DNA from: Tolypothrix carrinoi HA7290-LM1
GTDB taxonomy: Bacteria > Cyanobacteriota > Cyanobacteriia > Cyanobacteriales > Nostocaceae
Direction of reading: 5' to 3'
NCBI GenBank assembly: GCA_019358935.1
Contig: JAHHIK010000112.1
Span: forward strand, 1-26,921
DNA length: 26,921 bases
The translations under genes were made by a program, and so were the position numbers. Under the pieces are notes generated by a model. It did no database searches, was not told the origin of the DNA, and saw only the letters and a program-made list of their open reading frames with translations. This document shows positions 26,796 through 26,921 of the stretch, in pieces (within the stretch, counting starts at the first letter, position 1; every line of letters starts with the position of its first letter).

Positions 26796-26921
26796 CAGGA
26801 CTTACGCAACTGGCACATTGCGATCGCCAATTAGTAGTAATTTAGTACTAGAAACAAGTATTTCTGAAATCAGCCCTTTTTAGAATTGTTGATAGAAATG
26901 AATCAAGTAGATTCCGGGAAA
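26796..26921. mobile_element. Probable end of an IS or MITE extending beyond the window
   Basis: CAGGACTTACGCAACTGGCAC begins exactly where the array breaks mid-unit; a near reverse complement TGCGTAAGTC(T)T also occurs at about 7016-7027. Confidence 0.45.

Overview
A chromosomal window from a filamentous, probably Nostocales, cyanobacterium: roughly 40 HIP1 octamers (GCGATCGC, counted by eye), STRR-type short repeats and GTAG-REP hairpins. The left ~12 kb is accessory-rich. It holds a degenerate ISAs1 interrupted by a 237-bp structured mini-element, GNAT and GFA genes, an RluA pseudouridine synthase with an in-frame 90-bp MITE, a secreted di-haem DHOR-like protein with an orphan group II intron domain V/VI upstream, a second mini-element, a YcjF-like GTPase, a type II-like R-M pair and a Uma2 nuclease. 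Relics abutting HIP1 sites punctuate this region, including a 71-bp copy of eda that differs only at synonymous sites. The right part is mostly core genes: eda, WD40, three PRC-barrel/DUF2382 genes, KirBac, DUF1400 hydrolase, a probable 6S RNA, FAD oxidoreductase, GNAT, AtzE/AtzG-like amidase, DUF952 and a 2OG-Fe(II) oxygenase. It ends in a decaying higBA module and a 21-bp tandem array cut off by a probable mobile-element end. All family calls come from motif recognition, not database searches.
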